Origin: Myxococcota bacterium
Lineage (GTDB): Bacteria > Myxococcota > Kuafuiibacteriia > Kuafuiibacteriales > Kuafuiibacteriaceae
Assembly (NCBI GenBank): GCA_050331295.1
Contig: JBHJGZ010000009.1
Span: forward strand, 13,824 to 77,823
Length of the DNA stretch: 64,000 nt
Direction: 5' to 3'
Position numbers and translations under genes: made by a program
The notes under the pieces: generated by a model
The model's database searches: none
Told to the model about the DNA's origin: nothing
What the model saw: only the letters and a program-made list of their open reading frames with translations
Shown: positions 1 through 9,628 of the stretch, in pieces
Layout: each line of letters opens with the position of its first letter
Position numbering within the stretch: the first letter of the stretch is position 1

Positions 1-1528
1 GGTTGGATGGAAAGCCAGATATGTCCGCGCAGACCCAAGAGTTCGCTTCGAGCGCTGCCTCCAGTCTTCGAGCAGACCCTTTGCCGGCCACGCCTCGTAC
101 CTCATACCGTCGGGTCGCTGGTTCTCGGATGCCGGAAAGCAGCGCTAGGTCCTGGAGGCAGAGCCGATCGTCGCGTATTTCGGGCCACGTCAGCGGGGAT
201 AGCTTGGTCAGAAAGCGCTCGAGAACCTTGATTCGTCGAGCCTTCATGATGCGAAGGATTTCTTCTTCCATGTAAGGCACCGTTCGGAGCCGGCCTCGCT
301 CAACCATCGCTTCGATGTGTTCGGGTGTGAATCGGGCCATGATGCGGGCGGCCCAAGCGAGGTCCTGCTCGGTTGCGCGTTCGAAAGCGGGATTGGGGTA
401 GCCGGGGACAAAGGGATCCGGGTCGTAGTCTTCGGCCGAATAGTAGCCGAGAGCGATCCCCGCTTTGCCGAGCTCCTTGTCGTGCCAAGGACGGTCGATG
501 AGGCCGAAAGAAATGAAGTCCTCGCCGATTTTACCGAGGTCCAGGTAGCCAGACTTGCCGAGACGTTCTGGGATGCCTTTCGGACCGGCCACGATCCCGA
601 ATCCGTCGCCAAAATCGATCTTGTAGTGACGAGTGAAACCAAGCTCTTCGCCGGTCTCCATCCAAGCGAGAAGCGTATTCTCTTGGCGGGTGTCGACGTG
701 GTCAAACCATCCAGCGAAGACCTGCATAGCTCGCAGCTCACGTCGGTTCTCGTGCAGGATACTGTCGTTCGGGTCGTCTTTGCGGCGACCCTCGTACCGC
801 CACGGACCGATGGGCTTGCCTTCGATGAACTCCGAGACCGATACTCGGTAGAGACCGGGTTCGACCTCGATCGCCTTGTTCATGATCTCATCGATGCTTT
901 CCTGAGTGAGGGGGGATTCTTGACCGTTGGTTCGAACGACCTTGGCGCCAGGTTTCAGTGTCAGCTGGTCCTTTCGAACGAAGGTCACTCGGTTGCATGG
1001 GACCCAGTATCCAGCAGCATGAAAGATGATGGCGCCGATCACGTCGGCTGTCGAGCCACGTTCGGGCTGGCTCGTTCCGTCGACCTTCACGAGGGCGCGG
1101 ACGCCCTCGGTGTTGACGATCTGAAAGCCAGGATTTGCGCCGTCTGGCTTGCCACCCACCACGGTCCACGGCTTTCCCGCGTCATCGTCAAGGTCACTAC
1201 AAGCTCCACGACTGACCTCCTCGGGTGACATCGGCTCCAAACTAAGTCGATTCGTGTACCAGGACGAGTTCGGCACTTCGTCGAGCGAATTGACGTTGGC
1301 CGCGGGATGCTTCACCGGAAACCGAAGCGCGTCGCTCACCCTCCAAAAGAACGAGTAATTCGCGCCGTCCCAGATGAACGGGCTGTAGAAGCCCTCTGGT
1401 GGCGTCTCGTATGGGCGTCGATCGTCGATGCGCCACGCCGGACTCTCGGCCGGAAAACGTCGAACGTTGCTCGACGCACATGCTGAAACGCCGAGTATCG
1501 CGGCCAAGCTCAATATTGTCGCCTTCAC
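1..1528 (-). CDS. Putative lipoprotein of unknown function (over 500 aa), C-terminus truncated by the left window edge. It is not in the supplied ORF track because its stop lies outside the window
   Basis: I translated the minus strand by hand. The frame is open from 1570 to 1 with no stop. AAGGAG precedes a GTG at 1526-1528. The N-terminus is MKATILSLAAILGVSAC, a signal peptide with lipobox VSAC. The downstream sequence is protein-like (…WYTNRLSLEPMSPEEV…GKPIGPWRYEGRRKDDPNDSILHENRRELRAMQVFAGWFDH…). The plus-strand ORF 317..1228 is antisense to it. Confidence 0.6.
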   Translation of the reverse strand, partial: MKATILSLAAILGVSACASSNVRRFPAESPAWRIDDRRPYETPPEGFYSPFIWDGANYSFFWRVSDALRFPVKHPAANVNSLDEVPNSSWYTNRLSLEPMSPEEVSRGACSDLDDDAGKPWTVVGGKPDGANPGFQIVNTEGVRALVKVDGTSQPERGSTADVIGAIIFHAAGYWVPCNRVTFVRKDQLTLKPGAKVVRTNGQESPLTQESIDEIMNKAIEVEPGLYRVSVSEFIEGKPIGPWRYEGRRKDDPNDSILHENRRELRAMQVFAGWFDHVDTRQENTLLAWMETGEELGFTRHYKIDFGDGFGIVAGPKGIPERLGKSGYLDLGKIGEDFISFGLIDRPWHDKELGKAGIALGYYSAEDYDPDPFVPGYPNPAFERATEQDLAWAARIMARFTPEHIEAMVERGRLRTVPYMEEEILRIMKARRIKVLERFLTKLSPLTWPEIRDDRLCLQDLALLSGIREPATRRYEVRGVAGKGSARRLEAALEANSWVCADISGFPSN

Positions 1529-1632
1529 CGTCACTCCTTCACGCCGGCCGTCGAGTGGCCGGAGGCTCGGCTATACAACAGGATGAGGTCACAGACAGCG
1601 CTGTTTTCGTGCGCTTGATGGGACTCGAATGC

Positions 1633-3786
1633 TCAGTTCGACTTGGCCCCGTTCGGAAGAACGATGGCGGAGGCGATGCGGTCGATGTCAGCGCGATTCC
1701 ATGGAACCGACTTGAGCTTCTCGGCCACGAACAGCTCCATTTGGTCGGTGTAATGCGGAGAGTCGGGATGATTGCTCGCTCCAAAATGATGAATCGAGCG
1801 AGATCGAAATTCTCCCTTCGGACCCCATTCGACAAACTGTATCAACGAATCGCCGAGCCATGCCTTCAACCTCCCGTCTTCGTCCTTCTTGCCATGAATG
1901 GCCCTCAGTGTTCCTGGTGCCCCTCCGAGCCCGTAGTCCTTGTCTCCTCGCCGCAGACGATTGACTTCACTCCAAAGAGGGTCCGGCCGTCCGAAGGTCT
2001 GCTGGAGATGATGGGCATTTTGGGAGAAGAGTCTTTTGATGTCCGGCTCGGGATCCTTCCATCCCCGTGCTTCCAGGATCGGTTCGCAGGTCATGACAAC
2101 CACCGCCGTCGCCCGGGAATTGGCGTCGGCACTGAAATCCCAGGCCCGAACCGCGTCGAGCGCTCGCTTGACGACGGGATCATCGGGCCAGTCGAGTGAT
2201 AGGATCTCTCGTATGAGTCCCGCCATCGTGCCGTCCGGTGGGAAGCTCTTGTCGTACTTGATGCGCATCAGATCCGTTTCCGAGATGGTCGGCAGCTTCC
2301 TTGCGAGCTGAAGGATTCGTTTGGCGCGATTCGACATGTTGTCCCCGATGCCCAGGGTGTCGGAAAACTGCTGTGGGTTTGGACTGCCTCGGCCATCCGT
2401 GGCTTCGAATGGAGTGCTGTTGGTGTTGAATACCAGGCCCGAAGGCGGATTGACGGTATGGGGGAGAGCGTCGAAGGGGACGTATTTCTCCCAGATGAGG
2501 TCACTTCGGTCACCAGGCTGATAGCTCGTTTCATAAGGCAGGCCTTCTCGGCGTATCGGGATCTTTCCATTGTAAAACATGCCGATATTGCCCTGGCGAT
2601 CTGCATAGACGAAGTTGATGTTGGGAATGGCCTGCATGCCCATCACGCTTCTCCATTCGTCGAAGTTGCGGGCCCGATTGAGGCGATAGAATTGCTCGAC
2701 TTGGCGGATTTCTCCTCGCCCCACGTATCGCACGGCGTACGTGCCGTGAGGCCGTCGCACCACTGGGCCGTGCTCTGTCACCTCAATCGTCTTCCGCACC
2801 GGCCAGTAGATGCGGCCAAAGACCTTGACCCAGATGGTGATCGGCTTCGATTCCATGTCTCTCCATTCGTCGTCCAGCCGATAGCGTTGGTCGTCGTCTG
2901 GATGGAGCTGGAGAACGAAGACGTCGACGAGGTCCGGAAAATTGACGGTAGCGGCCCAACCGAGATCCCGATTGTGGCCGTGGAGCATCAATGGGGATCC
3001 GGGAAACGTTCCACCCGCGACGTCCAATCCCTCCTCGCTCCTGGCTCGAAACTCGTACCACGCGACGGCGCCCTCGAGGGGTTGGTGGGAGTTGATGACG
3101 AGCCGCGTGTAGCCATCCGAGGTGCGGCTCGAAGAGACGGCGATGGCGTTGGAGCCGGGTGAGTGGTCCAAGCTCCAGTCCAGGCTGCTTTTCAGCCCAC
3201 GTTGGGTGTCGGACACCAGTGGGCGATGTCTTTCATCCTGAAAGAGTTCTTCCAGGTATTTGTCGAGTCTGTAGAAGATCGGGGACTTCAGGACGAACCC
3301 CGCCGCGATGTCGGCTCCTCGTACCGGCACGAGGCCTTTTTTCACTTCGTCGCGATGTCGAGCTGCATAGAGGTTCAGGCCATTTGCGTATCCGTCGAGG
3401 AGCATCCTCGTTCGTTCGTTGAGATGGTCTTCATAGTTCGCATCGATGGCCTCCCAAACACCCAACCAGCTCACCAGATAGTCACTCGCAGCCGCGCCCG
3501 CCCCGTAATGCTGGGCGGAGATTCCGCGGGTCGCTAAGATGACCTTCTGGATGGTCCCGAAATCATCTTCCGCGTGGGCGTAAGCCAGACCGAACGCCAC
3601 GTCGGCATCCCTTTGGCCGTAGATGTGCGGAACGCCGAAAGGGTCCCTCAGGATCTCGACGTGATAGCGATTCGCTTGCTCTTCGTATCGGGTCGGATCG
3701 AAATCTGGCGTGGGTTCAATGGAGAGGATGGCGGCTGTGAGGCCGCCGGCCAGAAGTCCCGTTCCGACGAGGGTCATCCAACGCAC
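1633..3786 (-). CDS. Penicillin acylase / Ntn-hydrolase family protein (peptidase S45; possible AHL or beta-lactam acylase), secreted
   Basis: 717 aa with an N-terminal signal peptide (MRWMTLVGTGLLAGGLTAAIL). The GHNRDLGWAATVNFPD and LHGHN regions are typical of penicillin G acylase / PvdQ-like acylases. The start may be GTG at 3786 or ATG at 3777. Confidence 0.8.
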   Translation of the reverse strand: MRWMTLVGTGLLAGGLTAAILSIEPTPDFDPTRYEEQANRYHVEILRDPFGVPHIYGQRDADVAFGLAYAHAEDDFGTIQKVILATRGISAQHYGAGAAASDYLVSWLGVWEAIDANYEDHLNERTRMLLDGYANGLNLYAARHRDEVKKGLVPVRGADIAAGFVLKSPIFYRLDKYLEELFQDERHRPLVSDTQRGLKSSLDWSLDHSPGSNAIAVSSSRTSDGYTRLVINSHQPLEGAVAWYEFRARSEEGLDVAGGTFPGSPLMLHGHNRDLGWAATVNFPDLVDVFVLQLHPDDDQRYRLDDEWRDMESKPITIWVKVFGRIYWPVRKTIEVTEHGPVVRRPHGTYAVRYVGRGEIRQVEQFYRLNRARNFDEWRSVMGMQAIPNINFVYADRQGNIGMFYNGKIPIRREGLPYETSYQPGDRSDLIWEKYVPFDALPHTVNPPSGLVFNTNSTPFEATDGRGSPNPQQFSDTLGIGDNMSNRAKRILQLARKLPTISETDLMRIKYDKSFPPDGTMAGLIREILSLDWPDDPVVKRALDAVRAWDFSADANSRATAVVVMTCEPILEARGWKDPEPDIKRLFSQNAHHLQQTFGRPDPLWSEVNRLRRGDKDYGLGGAPGTLRAIHGKKDEDGRLKAWLGDSLIQFVEWGPKGEFRSRSIHHFGASNHPDSPHYTDQMELFVAEKLKSVPWNRADIDRIASAIVLPNGAKSN

Positions 3787-3916
3787 GCTCGTTTGCCTGC
3801 ATCGATTCGCAGCTCGGGGCGACCAGTTCAGACCAAGCTCAAAAACTTCAGCACCTCGTTGTCCTTTCGGGCCGAGGGCAGGGGCGTCCGACGCAATGGA
3901 CTTCCGAGGTTCCTTT

Positions 3917-4756
3917 TCAATCTGCGAAGGGGTCTCGGTCCAGGTTCACGAAAAACCATCGAATGAGCAGGAATCCACTCCAGGCCTCACCGATGCGGGG
4001 TAAAGCGAGACTCTCGCCGACGAGCGCTTCCTCGGGTGACCATGCCAGTCCGATCAATTCCCACTGAGCTCTCTTCTTTTCGTCTCCGAATCCGGGCTGC
4101 TTGCTGACGCCGACCGTCCACGCGATGCCGGCACCCGCCTGACCCGAGAGCGTGTTCACATCGAACAACTCGACGCCTCGCAACCGAGCCATACCGCCTA
4201 GGGCCAACCGAGGGCCGAGCTGAAACCACAATTCGGTGTCCGCTTGGGCATCAGCTTCCCCATCCGCCGTCACCGGCCGTCGCGAGTTGGCACCCGCGCG
4301 AAGGTCCCAGCGGGCCCAGCCCCCGATGTGGAGCCGAGTTTCCACGCCGCCATCGACCGTGAGGTCGCCGTCCACTGGAATCTCGCTTCCGAGGCCAACA
4401 GCGACCTCGAAAGGACCCTCCAGCAGACGGACGCGAAGACCGAGGCGGGGCTGGCGCAGGCCGTAGCCCGGCGTCGGAGAGAGGTCGGCGCGCAGGAGCT
4501 CGAGTTCCACTTCGATGGCATGGGTGATGGCCGCCCGTGCGCTGAAGAAGATGCGACCCAGTCCATCCGATTCAGCCAATGTCGTGCCGCCGCCCAGAAG
4601 CTCTACCCGGAAGGTTCGATTGGGAAGGACCAAGCTTCGTTCCACAAAGGGAACCGGGATGTGCCCCGCTGAGAGGACCGGTTCCAGTTCGGATTCCCAC
4701 GGATCAAACCCGTCCACGCTTGCCGTCGAAATGGCCGCGAGAAGCAATGCTTCCAT
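3917..4756 (-). CDS. Hypothetical exported protein, probably an outer-membrane beta-barrel
   Basis: 279 aa with a short signal peptide (MEALLLAAISTASV). Alternating hydrophobic/polar strands are rich in G, R, W and L (…GIAWTVGVS…WSGFLLIRWFF…). Its start codon overlaps the stop of the upstream PhoH2 gene (TAATG). Confidence 0.4.
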   Translation of the reverse strand: MEALLLAAISTASVDGFDPWESELEPVLSAGHIPVPFVERSLVLPNRTFRVELLGGGTTLAESDGLGRIFFSARAAITHAIEVELELLRADLSPTPGYGLRQPRLGLRVRLLEGPFEVAVGLGSEIPVDGDLTVDGGVETRLHIGGWARWDLRAGANSRRPVTADGEADAQADTELWFQLGPRLALGGMARLRGVELFDVNTLSGQAGAGIAWTVGVSKQPGFGDEKKRAQWELIGLAWSPEEALVGESLALPRIGEAWSGFLLIRWFFVNLDRDPFAD

Positions 4757-6069
4757 TAGAGAAGATTGGCGGCGAGCTCGGCGAGCTCAGAGCGCTCGCC
4801 CTTGAACATGGTGACATGGCCCGCAATCTTCTCGAATCGAAATCGATTCACCACATGAACCAATCCGTTGTTGGTCGAGTCCATGTATGGATTATCGATT
4901 TGGTATGGGTCTCCGGTGAGGATAATTTTCGTTCCCTCACCGGCTCTGGACACGATTGTCTTGACCTCGTGTGGAGTCAGGTTCTGCGCCTCGTCCACCA
5001 CCATGAACTGATTCGGAATCGAACGGCCGCGGATGTAGGTGAGCGGTTCGATCTGAAGAATTCCGAGATCGATCAGTTCCCGATAGCTGCGTCCACCCTT
5101 CTTCTCATCCGACGACAGACCCATCAGGAATTCGACGTTGTCGAAGATCGGCTGCATCCACGGAGATAACTTCTCTTCAACCGTACCTGGGAGATAGCCG
5201 AGGTCTCGGCCAAGGGGAAAGATGGGGCGGGACACGAGAACGCGCTGGTATATCGCCTCTTCGGTTGCCTTTTGGAGGCCTGCCGCAATGGCCAGCAGTG
5301 TCTTGCCGGTTCCGGCTTTCCCGACCAACGTTACGAGCTTTATCGAGTCGTCCATGAGGAGATCGATCGCAAAGGACTGTTCCTTGTTGCGTGGTCGTAC
5401 TCCCCAGACCCCGTCTTTGATGCGGGTGATCGGAAGGATTCGGGTTTGGTCGAGTGAGACTTTTCCGAGTGCCGAGTGGCTCGGATTGAAGGCATTCTTG
5501 ACATGAACGAACTGATTCGGAGGTTGGTCTTTGGGCTCGAGCTGCAAGAAGCCTTGACTATAAAATTGGTCGACCTGTTCTGGAGCTGCTTCCATTTCGA
5601 CCACACCCGTCCACAGTTCGGTGATCTCGGTGCGCTCGTGGTCGTAGTCTTCGGCATGAAGCCCAAGCGCGTCGGCCCGAATACGAAGGTTGACGTCCTT
5701 GGACACCAGGATGCACTGCAACTCGCGGTCTGCATCTTGGACATCCAGGGCGACCGCCAAGATGCGGTTGTCAGCGGCGTGGTTGGCTTCGACGACATGG
5801 GTCGGAAGGAGTCGCTCACTGAAGGCGACACGGACCAAGCCACCGCGAGCGAGACGGACGCCGAGACGAATGTCTCCCTGCTTTCGAAGGTCATCCAAGG
5901 TTCGGCTGACTTCTCGAGCGGAACGACCGAGTTCCGACAGATCTCTCTTGAACCGGTCAATCTCCTCGATGACGTAGATCGGAATGATGACCGTGTTGTC
6001 GTCGAACGCGTGGAGCGAACCCGGATCGTGGAGCAGGACGTTGGTGTCGAGAACGAAGTTCTTTCTCAA
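4756..6069 (-). CDS. PhoH2 (PhoH-like ATPase with N-terminal PIN domain)
   Basis: 437 aa. The N-terminal PIN-like segment reads MRKNFVLDTNVLLHDP…VIIPIYVIEEID. The PhoH domain carries Walker A GKAGTGKT, plus IILTGDPYQID. A TTG start at 6069 is preceded by GAGG. Confidence 0.85.
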   Translation of the reverse strand: MRKNFVLDTNVLLHDPGSLHAFDDNTVIIPIYVIEEIDRFKRDLSELGRSAREVSRTLDDLRKQGDIRLGVRLARGGLVRVAFSERLLPTHVVEANHAADNRILAVALDVQDADRELQCILVSKDVNLRIRADALGLHAEDYDHERTEITELWTGVVEMEAAPEQVDQFYSQGFLQLEPKDQPPNQFVHVKNAFNPSHSALGKVSLDQTRILPITRIKDGVWGVRPRNKEQSFAIDLLMDDSIKLVTLVGKAGTGKTLLAIAAGLQKATEEAIYQRVLVSRPIFPLGRDLGYLPGTVEEKLSPWMQPIFDNVEFLMGLSSDEKKGGRSYRELIDLGILQIEPLTYIRGRSIPNQFMVVDEAQNLTPHEVKTIVSRAGEGTKIILTGDPYQIDNPYMDSTNNGLVHVVNRFRFEKIAGHVTMFKGERSELAELAANLL

Positions 6070-6210
6070 AGGGTGCCTCGCGGCGCCTCAGGCGACTGGC
6101 TCAGGCTTAGCCGGAGTTTGATCGGAGGGGCAATGCGATCCGCTTCATCGAATCGGGTTTTTGCCCAAACGTTTTCAATGCCGGTCAGAACGCCCTACGT
6201 TCCACAAAGG

Positions 6211-6459
6211 CTAGTCGGAAAACAACAAGATTGCTTCTCTGGGGCGTATCCAGCCCAGCTCATCCCGAACTTTGCCTTCGAGCGCCGGCCCGAGGTGCCG
6301 GAGTCCTCGGATCTCCGCCTCGAGTTGTCGGTTTCGTTCCATCAACTCATGATTGTCGCTCCGCATGCGTCTCAGGTCTCGCAGCAACTGGGCGTGCCGA
6401 GGAACGTTGGACGCGGCGGCGCCCAACAAGAGGAGTACCGTCAGCGCACAGAGGCGCAT
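6211..6459 (-). CDS. ftsB: Septum formation initiator FtsB/DivIC-like cell-division protein
   Basis: Has an N-terminal TM helix (MRLCALTVLLLLGAAAS) and a coiled coil. The C-terminus has the FtsB signature RDELGWIRPREAILLF. The ATG at 6459 has an SD, and a GTG at 6480 is an alternative start. Confidence 0.75.
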   Translation of the reverse strand: MRLCALTVLLLLGAAASNVPRHAQLLRDLRRMRSDNHELMERNRQLEAEIRGLRHLGPALEGKVRDELGWIRPREAILLFSD

Positions 6460-6511
6460 GCTCAGCTTCAGGCCCGGCACAAGGTCAGACTAAAGAGCAC
6501 CGACACTCGGT

Positions 6512-7018
6512 TCAACTTTTTGGGACCACCGCCAGCAGGACGGACTTCAGTTGCCGGGGAACCCAGGTCCCGTCGTTGCGCGCCCGAACCCTGCCCGACG
6601 CATCCAGCACGAAGGACGTGGGCAACTGCGACACCGGTCCAAACGGGCCGTCTTCACTGAGGAAGGCCTCGATGTCTTCCGGTCGGCCCACTCGATACGG
6701 GACCTCGAACGCCTGGGCGAAGAGACCGGCGGGTCGAGGGTCTTGGTCCACGACCATCGCGAGGACTTCGAGGCGGCCTTGGAAGACCCTAGACATTTCT
6801 GAAAGAAGCGGAACCTCCAACAGGGCGGGGTCAGACCACGTGGCCATCACGTGGACCAAAACGGCTTGACCTCTTAGTGCACCCAAAGTCTGCCGTCGGC
6901 CTTTCAGGTCGACATATCTGAAGGCGACGCGTCGTTCCTCGAGCTCCGGAGTGGAAGATGCGCAGGCGAAGCTCCCACACAGGACCGCCATCAAGAGCGA
7001 TCGCATTCTTTCCATCAT
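6512..7018 (-). CDS. Thioredoxin-fold (TlpA/redoxin-like) lipoprotein that lacks the CxxC catalytic motif
   Basis: The C-terminal 160 aa resemble TlpA/ResA redoxins (…GQAVLVHVMATWSDPALLEVPLLSEMSRVFQGRLEVLAMVV…FVLDASGRVRAR). WSDPA sits where WCxxC is expected. The N-terminus is a lipoprotein-like signal, MMERMRSLLMAVLCGSFAC. The track ORF runs on to 7354, but that stretch would overlap the neighbouring gene. Confidence 0.5.
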   Translation of the reverse strand: MMERMRSLLMAVLCGSFACASSTPELEERRVAFRYVDLKGRRQTLGALRGQAVLVHVMATWSDPALLEVPLLSEMSRVFQGRLEVLAMVVDQDPRPAGLFAQAFEVPYRVGRPEDIEAFLSEDGPFGPVSQLPTSFVLDASGRVRARNDGTWVPRQLKSVLLAVVPKS

Positions 7019-7079
7019 CCTGCATTGGTCTGGCACCGTCCGACCTACCCCACGACTTTCGCCCGGCTCCAGTCCGATG

Positions 7080-7961
7080 TCACGCTTCGTTGTCGAAGGG
7101 GTGGAAAGACTCGACATGGAATCCATTGTAGACAATTCGACTTGCGTGGAGACACATGCGGGGATGTGGCCATCCGCCGTAGAGCTCGTCTCCCAGAATC
7201 GGGAGACCGCGAGACGCAAGGTGGACGCGAACCTGGTGTCTCTGCCCGTGGTTCGTCGTGATCTCGACGATACCACGGTCTTTCGACCACCGCCGAAGGT
7301 AGACTTCCGACCGAGCACCTCCAGAAGCCTTCGCGGTCTCTTTGAGGTGAACACGGCGGCCGCCGGTGGTTCGAATCCCCGCGTTGATCGTGAAATGGCA
7401 TGGCGGCTCTTCGCCCGTGACGATGGCGGTATACGCTTTCACGACAAGATGCTGCCTAAAGGCCTCGCGCCAACGGTCGTGGGCCGCTCTGGTACGCGCG
7501 AAGACGACGAGTCCACTGGTCCCGGAGTCCAGTCGATGGACGGCGCCCCCGTCGAGTCCAGGACCCGCTTCCCCGATGCTCGGATCGTAGGCCACTGCGG
7601 CGTTGAGCAGACACCCAATCTCGCCGGGTTTCAGCGGCAGCGTCGGGATGCCAGATGGCTTATCGAACACGACGCATTCGGGAGTCTCGGTGACGATTCG
7701 AACCCTTCCGAGCAGCTCTTTGTCGGCCAGAGGTTTCGCCATGGACCGGGGCTGGAAGCGCTCGACCGAAAGGGCGGTCGCCTCGATGAGTGGGTCTCCT
7801 GGACGAAGTGACCGCCCCTCTCTGGTGGTGATGAGTCCATCTCTCAAGGCTCGCTTGATTTCACGCAGCGACGTTTCAATCCCGGCTCGCCGCAGGGCCG
7901 CTTGGACTCCCTTATCGGCTCGGGTGTGGGTGTCAGCCACCACAGGCGAGAGAGCGCGCAT
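7080..7961 (-). CDS. RluA-family 23S rRNA/tRNA pseudouridine synthase (RluD/RluC-like)
   Basis: Carries the catalytic motif HRLDSGTSGLVVFAR. I placed the start at the Met at 7961 (MRALSPVV…) so that it clears the upstream ALDH gene, which ends at 7976. Confidence 0.8.
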   Translation of the reverse strand: MRALSPVVADTHTRADKGVQAALRRAGIETSLREIKRALRDGLITTREGRSLRPGDPLIEATALSVERFQPRSMAKPLADKELLGRVRIVTETPECVVFDKPSGIPTLPLKPGEIGCLLNAAVAYDPSIGEAGPGLDGGAVHRLDSGTSGLVVFARTRAAHDRWREAFRQHLVVKAYTAIVTGEEPPCHFTINAGIRTTGGRRVHLKETAKASGGARSEVYLRRWSKDRGIVEITTNHGQRHQVRVHLASRGLPILGDELYGGWPHPRMCLHASRIVYNGFHVESFHPFDNEA

Positions 7962-7975
7962 GGGTTGGGACCAAG

Positions 7976-9622
7976 TCAGGCCAAGACTCCGGGTACCGCG
8001 ACCCGAAGGGCGCTCCACCACCCTCCTCGTGTTTCGTGGTCGGCCAGTCTTCGAGCTGCCTCGGTTGCGCCGCGGTGTCGAGCAAACCAGATCGGCTTGG
8101 GCCAACACGGAAAGGGTCCGCGAATCACGACCTTGTGGGCGCCTTCGAGGAGGTAGGCGTTGTGTACCCATCCGAGGCCACTTTGAGGGTCGGAAAGGTC
8201 GCGGCCCGGTGCACCGCCCCACGGCGGTCCGGCCCATGCGTAGCCCAACGCGGGCCAATGATTGATGGCCACGGTGCCGTAGTCCAATCGGTGTAGGGCG
8301 TCGTTCAGGCCGGAAGCCATCATTTCCGAGGCATTCTGAGCCTCTGGAATGACCAGGGTGGCGTTCAGCGTCCCCCAGAGTTCGTGATTCATGAAGTCGG
8401 TGGCGGCATCCAGGAATCGGAGTCCGTTTGGCACGTCGAGTTCGTGCCAGGCCGCCACGGGTACGAAATGCTCCCTTTTGAAGAATCGGTCAGCCGGGTC
8501 GAGTGAGCGAAGGATGGTCCAAGGAAGGCGGTCGTGGGTCTCGAGACCCACCTTGAGGACATCGGTGCGGCCTTCGAGCAGCTTTTCGTAGGTCTCGCGG
8601 CTTCCCGGGTAGTAGGACAGCCGGGTCCGCTCGGCTTCGAGACGACGCCGAATGGCTTGGAAGAGGGACTCCTTTTGATGCCATCCCTTGGCCACCAAGA
8701 TCACCCGCACCGCATTACAATTGAACCCGGCATTGTTCACCATCATCGCAACGATGTTGTCTGCGAGGAAAGCAAGTTCGCTTTCCTTGTAGATCGCGGG
8801 AACCACTGCGACCGGACTGACGTTGCCCAGTTCGGACGACACGTCCTTGTCGATGACGGGCCGGCCTTGGAGCCGACGATCTTCGGAGCCGCCGAAGACA
8901 ATCTTGTGATGGGTCTCGACCGAACCGGTCAGGTGAACTTGAGTGACCTCGGGCGACTCGATGAGTCGAGCCCCTTCCTCGGCACCCCCGGAAACGATGG
9001 CGAGATGCCTGTTTTCGATGAGCGTCGAGAAGGCTGTCTCCAAGTAGGGGCGGCACCAGTCATTGACGGGGCTGAGTTTCACGACGCTGGGTCGACGTTC
9101 GACGAACAACTTCGTGAGCGCGTCCATCGCCGGAATGGACGACACGTTGCCGGCTCCGAGTATCAAACATGTCCCGGGCTGGCGGCCTGCACGATGAGCG
9201 GGGCCGACCTGGTCCAGAACCTGATCTGGCCCGACGCCGGGGTCCATGAGGACTTCGGCCGAAAAGCCCCGGAACAGCAGACGGTCAGGTGGCGAGCTGG
9301 GGAGAACGCGGACCCACGTGCGATGCGCGTCGTCCACCGCAATCTGTTTCGGACCGATTCCGGCTCGTCCCTGCGTGAGGTGTCCAAGCGTCTGCATCAG
9401 CAATCGGAGCTGTCGAAGGACGGGCACCGGACCCGTGAGCCATTCTTCGGGATGATCCGATGCCAGTCCCTTGTGCGCGAGTCCGTGCCTGGCCCAGTCG
9501 GGCGCGACGCGGTGCGTCCGCTCGAGGCAAGACTCGAGAAGCCGAAGGCAGGTCGGGACATCCGGCAGTCCATGTAGATGCACGTCGCCTCCCAGCAAGC
9601 CGGCGCGGTTATCGCATTTCAA
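7976..9622 (-). CDS. Aldehyde dehydrogenase superfamily protein
   Basis: Has ELGNVSP (the ELGGKSP motif), TGSVETHHKIV (FTGST.vG) and the GGAEEGARLI region. The FxNxGQxC active-site stretch is atypical (GFNCNAV). The true start may be internal, for example MQTLGHL near 9397. Confidence 0.6.
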   Translation of the reverse strand: MKCDNRAGLLGGDVHLHGLPDVPTCLRLLESCLERTHRVAPDWARHGLAHKGLASDHPEEWLTGPVPVLRQLRLLMQTLGHLTQGRAGIGPKQIAVDDAHRTWVRVLPSSPPDRLLFRGFSAEVLMDPGVGPDQVLDQVGPAHRAGRQPGTCLILGAGNVSSIPAMDALTKLFVERRPSVVKLSPVNDWCRPYLETAFSTLIENRHLAIVSGGAEEGARLIESPEVTQVHLTGSVETHHKIVFGGSEDRRLQGRPVIDKDVSSELGNVSPVAVVPAIYKESELAFLADNIVAMMVNNAGFNCNAVRVILVAKGWHQKESLFQAIRRRLEAERTRLSYYPGSRETYEKLLEGRTDVLKVGLETHDRLPWTILRSLDPADRFFKREHFVPVAAWHELDVPNGLRFLDAATDFMNHELWGTLNATLVIPEAQNASEMMASGLNDALHRLDYGTVAINHWPALGYAWAGPPWGGAPGRDLSDPQSGLGWVHNAYLLEGAHKVVIRGPFPCWPKPIWFARHRGATEAARRLADHETRGGWWSALRVAVPGVLA

Positions 9623-9628
9623 ATGAAA

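Noticed and set aside
7366-7382. GGTGGTTCGAATCCCCG, a tRNA T-arm-like motif (GGTTCGAATCC)
   Set aside because: It lies inside the RluA-family CDS, where it codes AGGSNPR on the opposite strand. The flanking bases do not form a T-stem, acceptor stem or D/anticodon arms. No tRNA is present.
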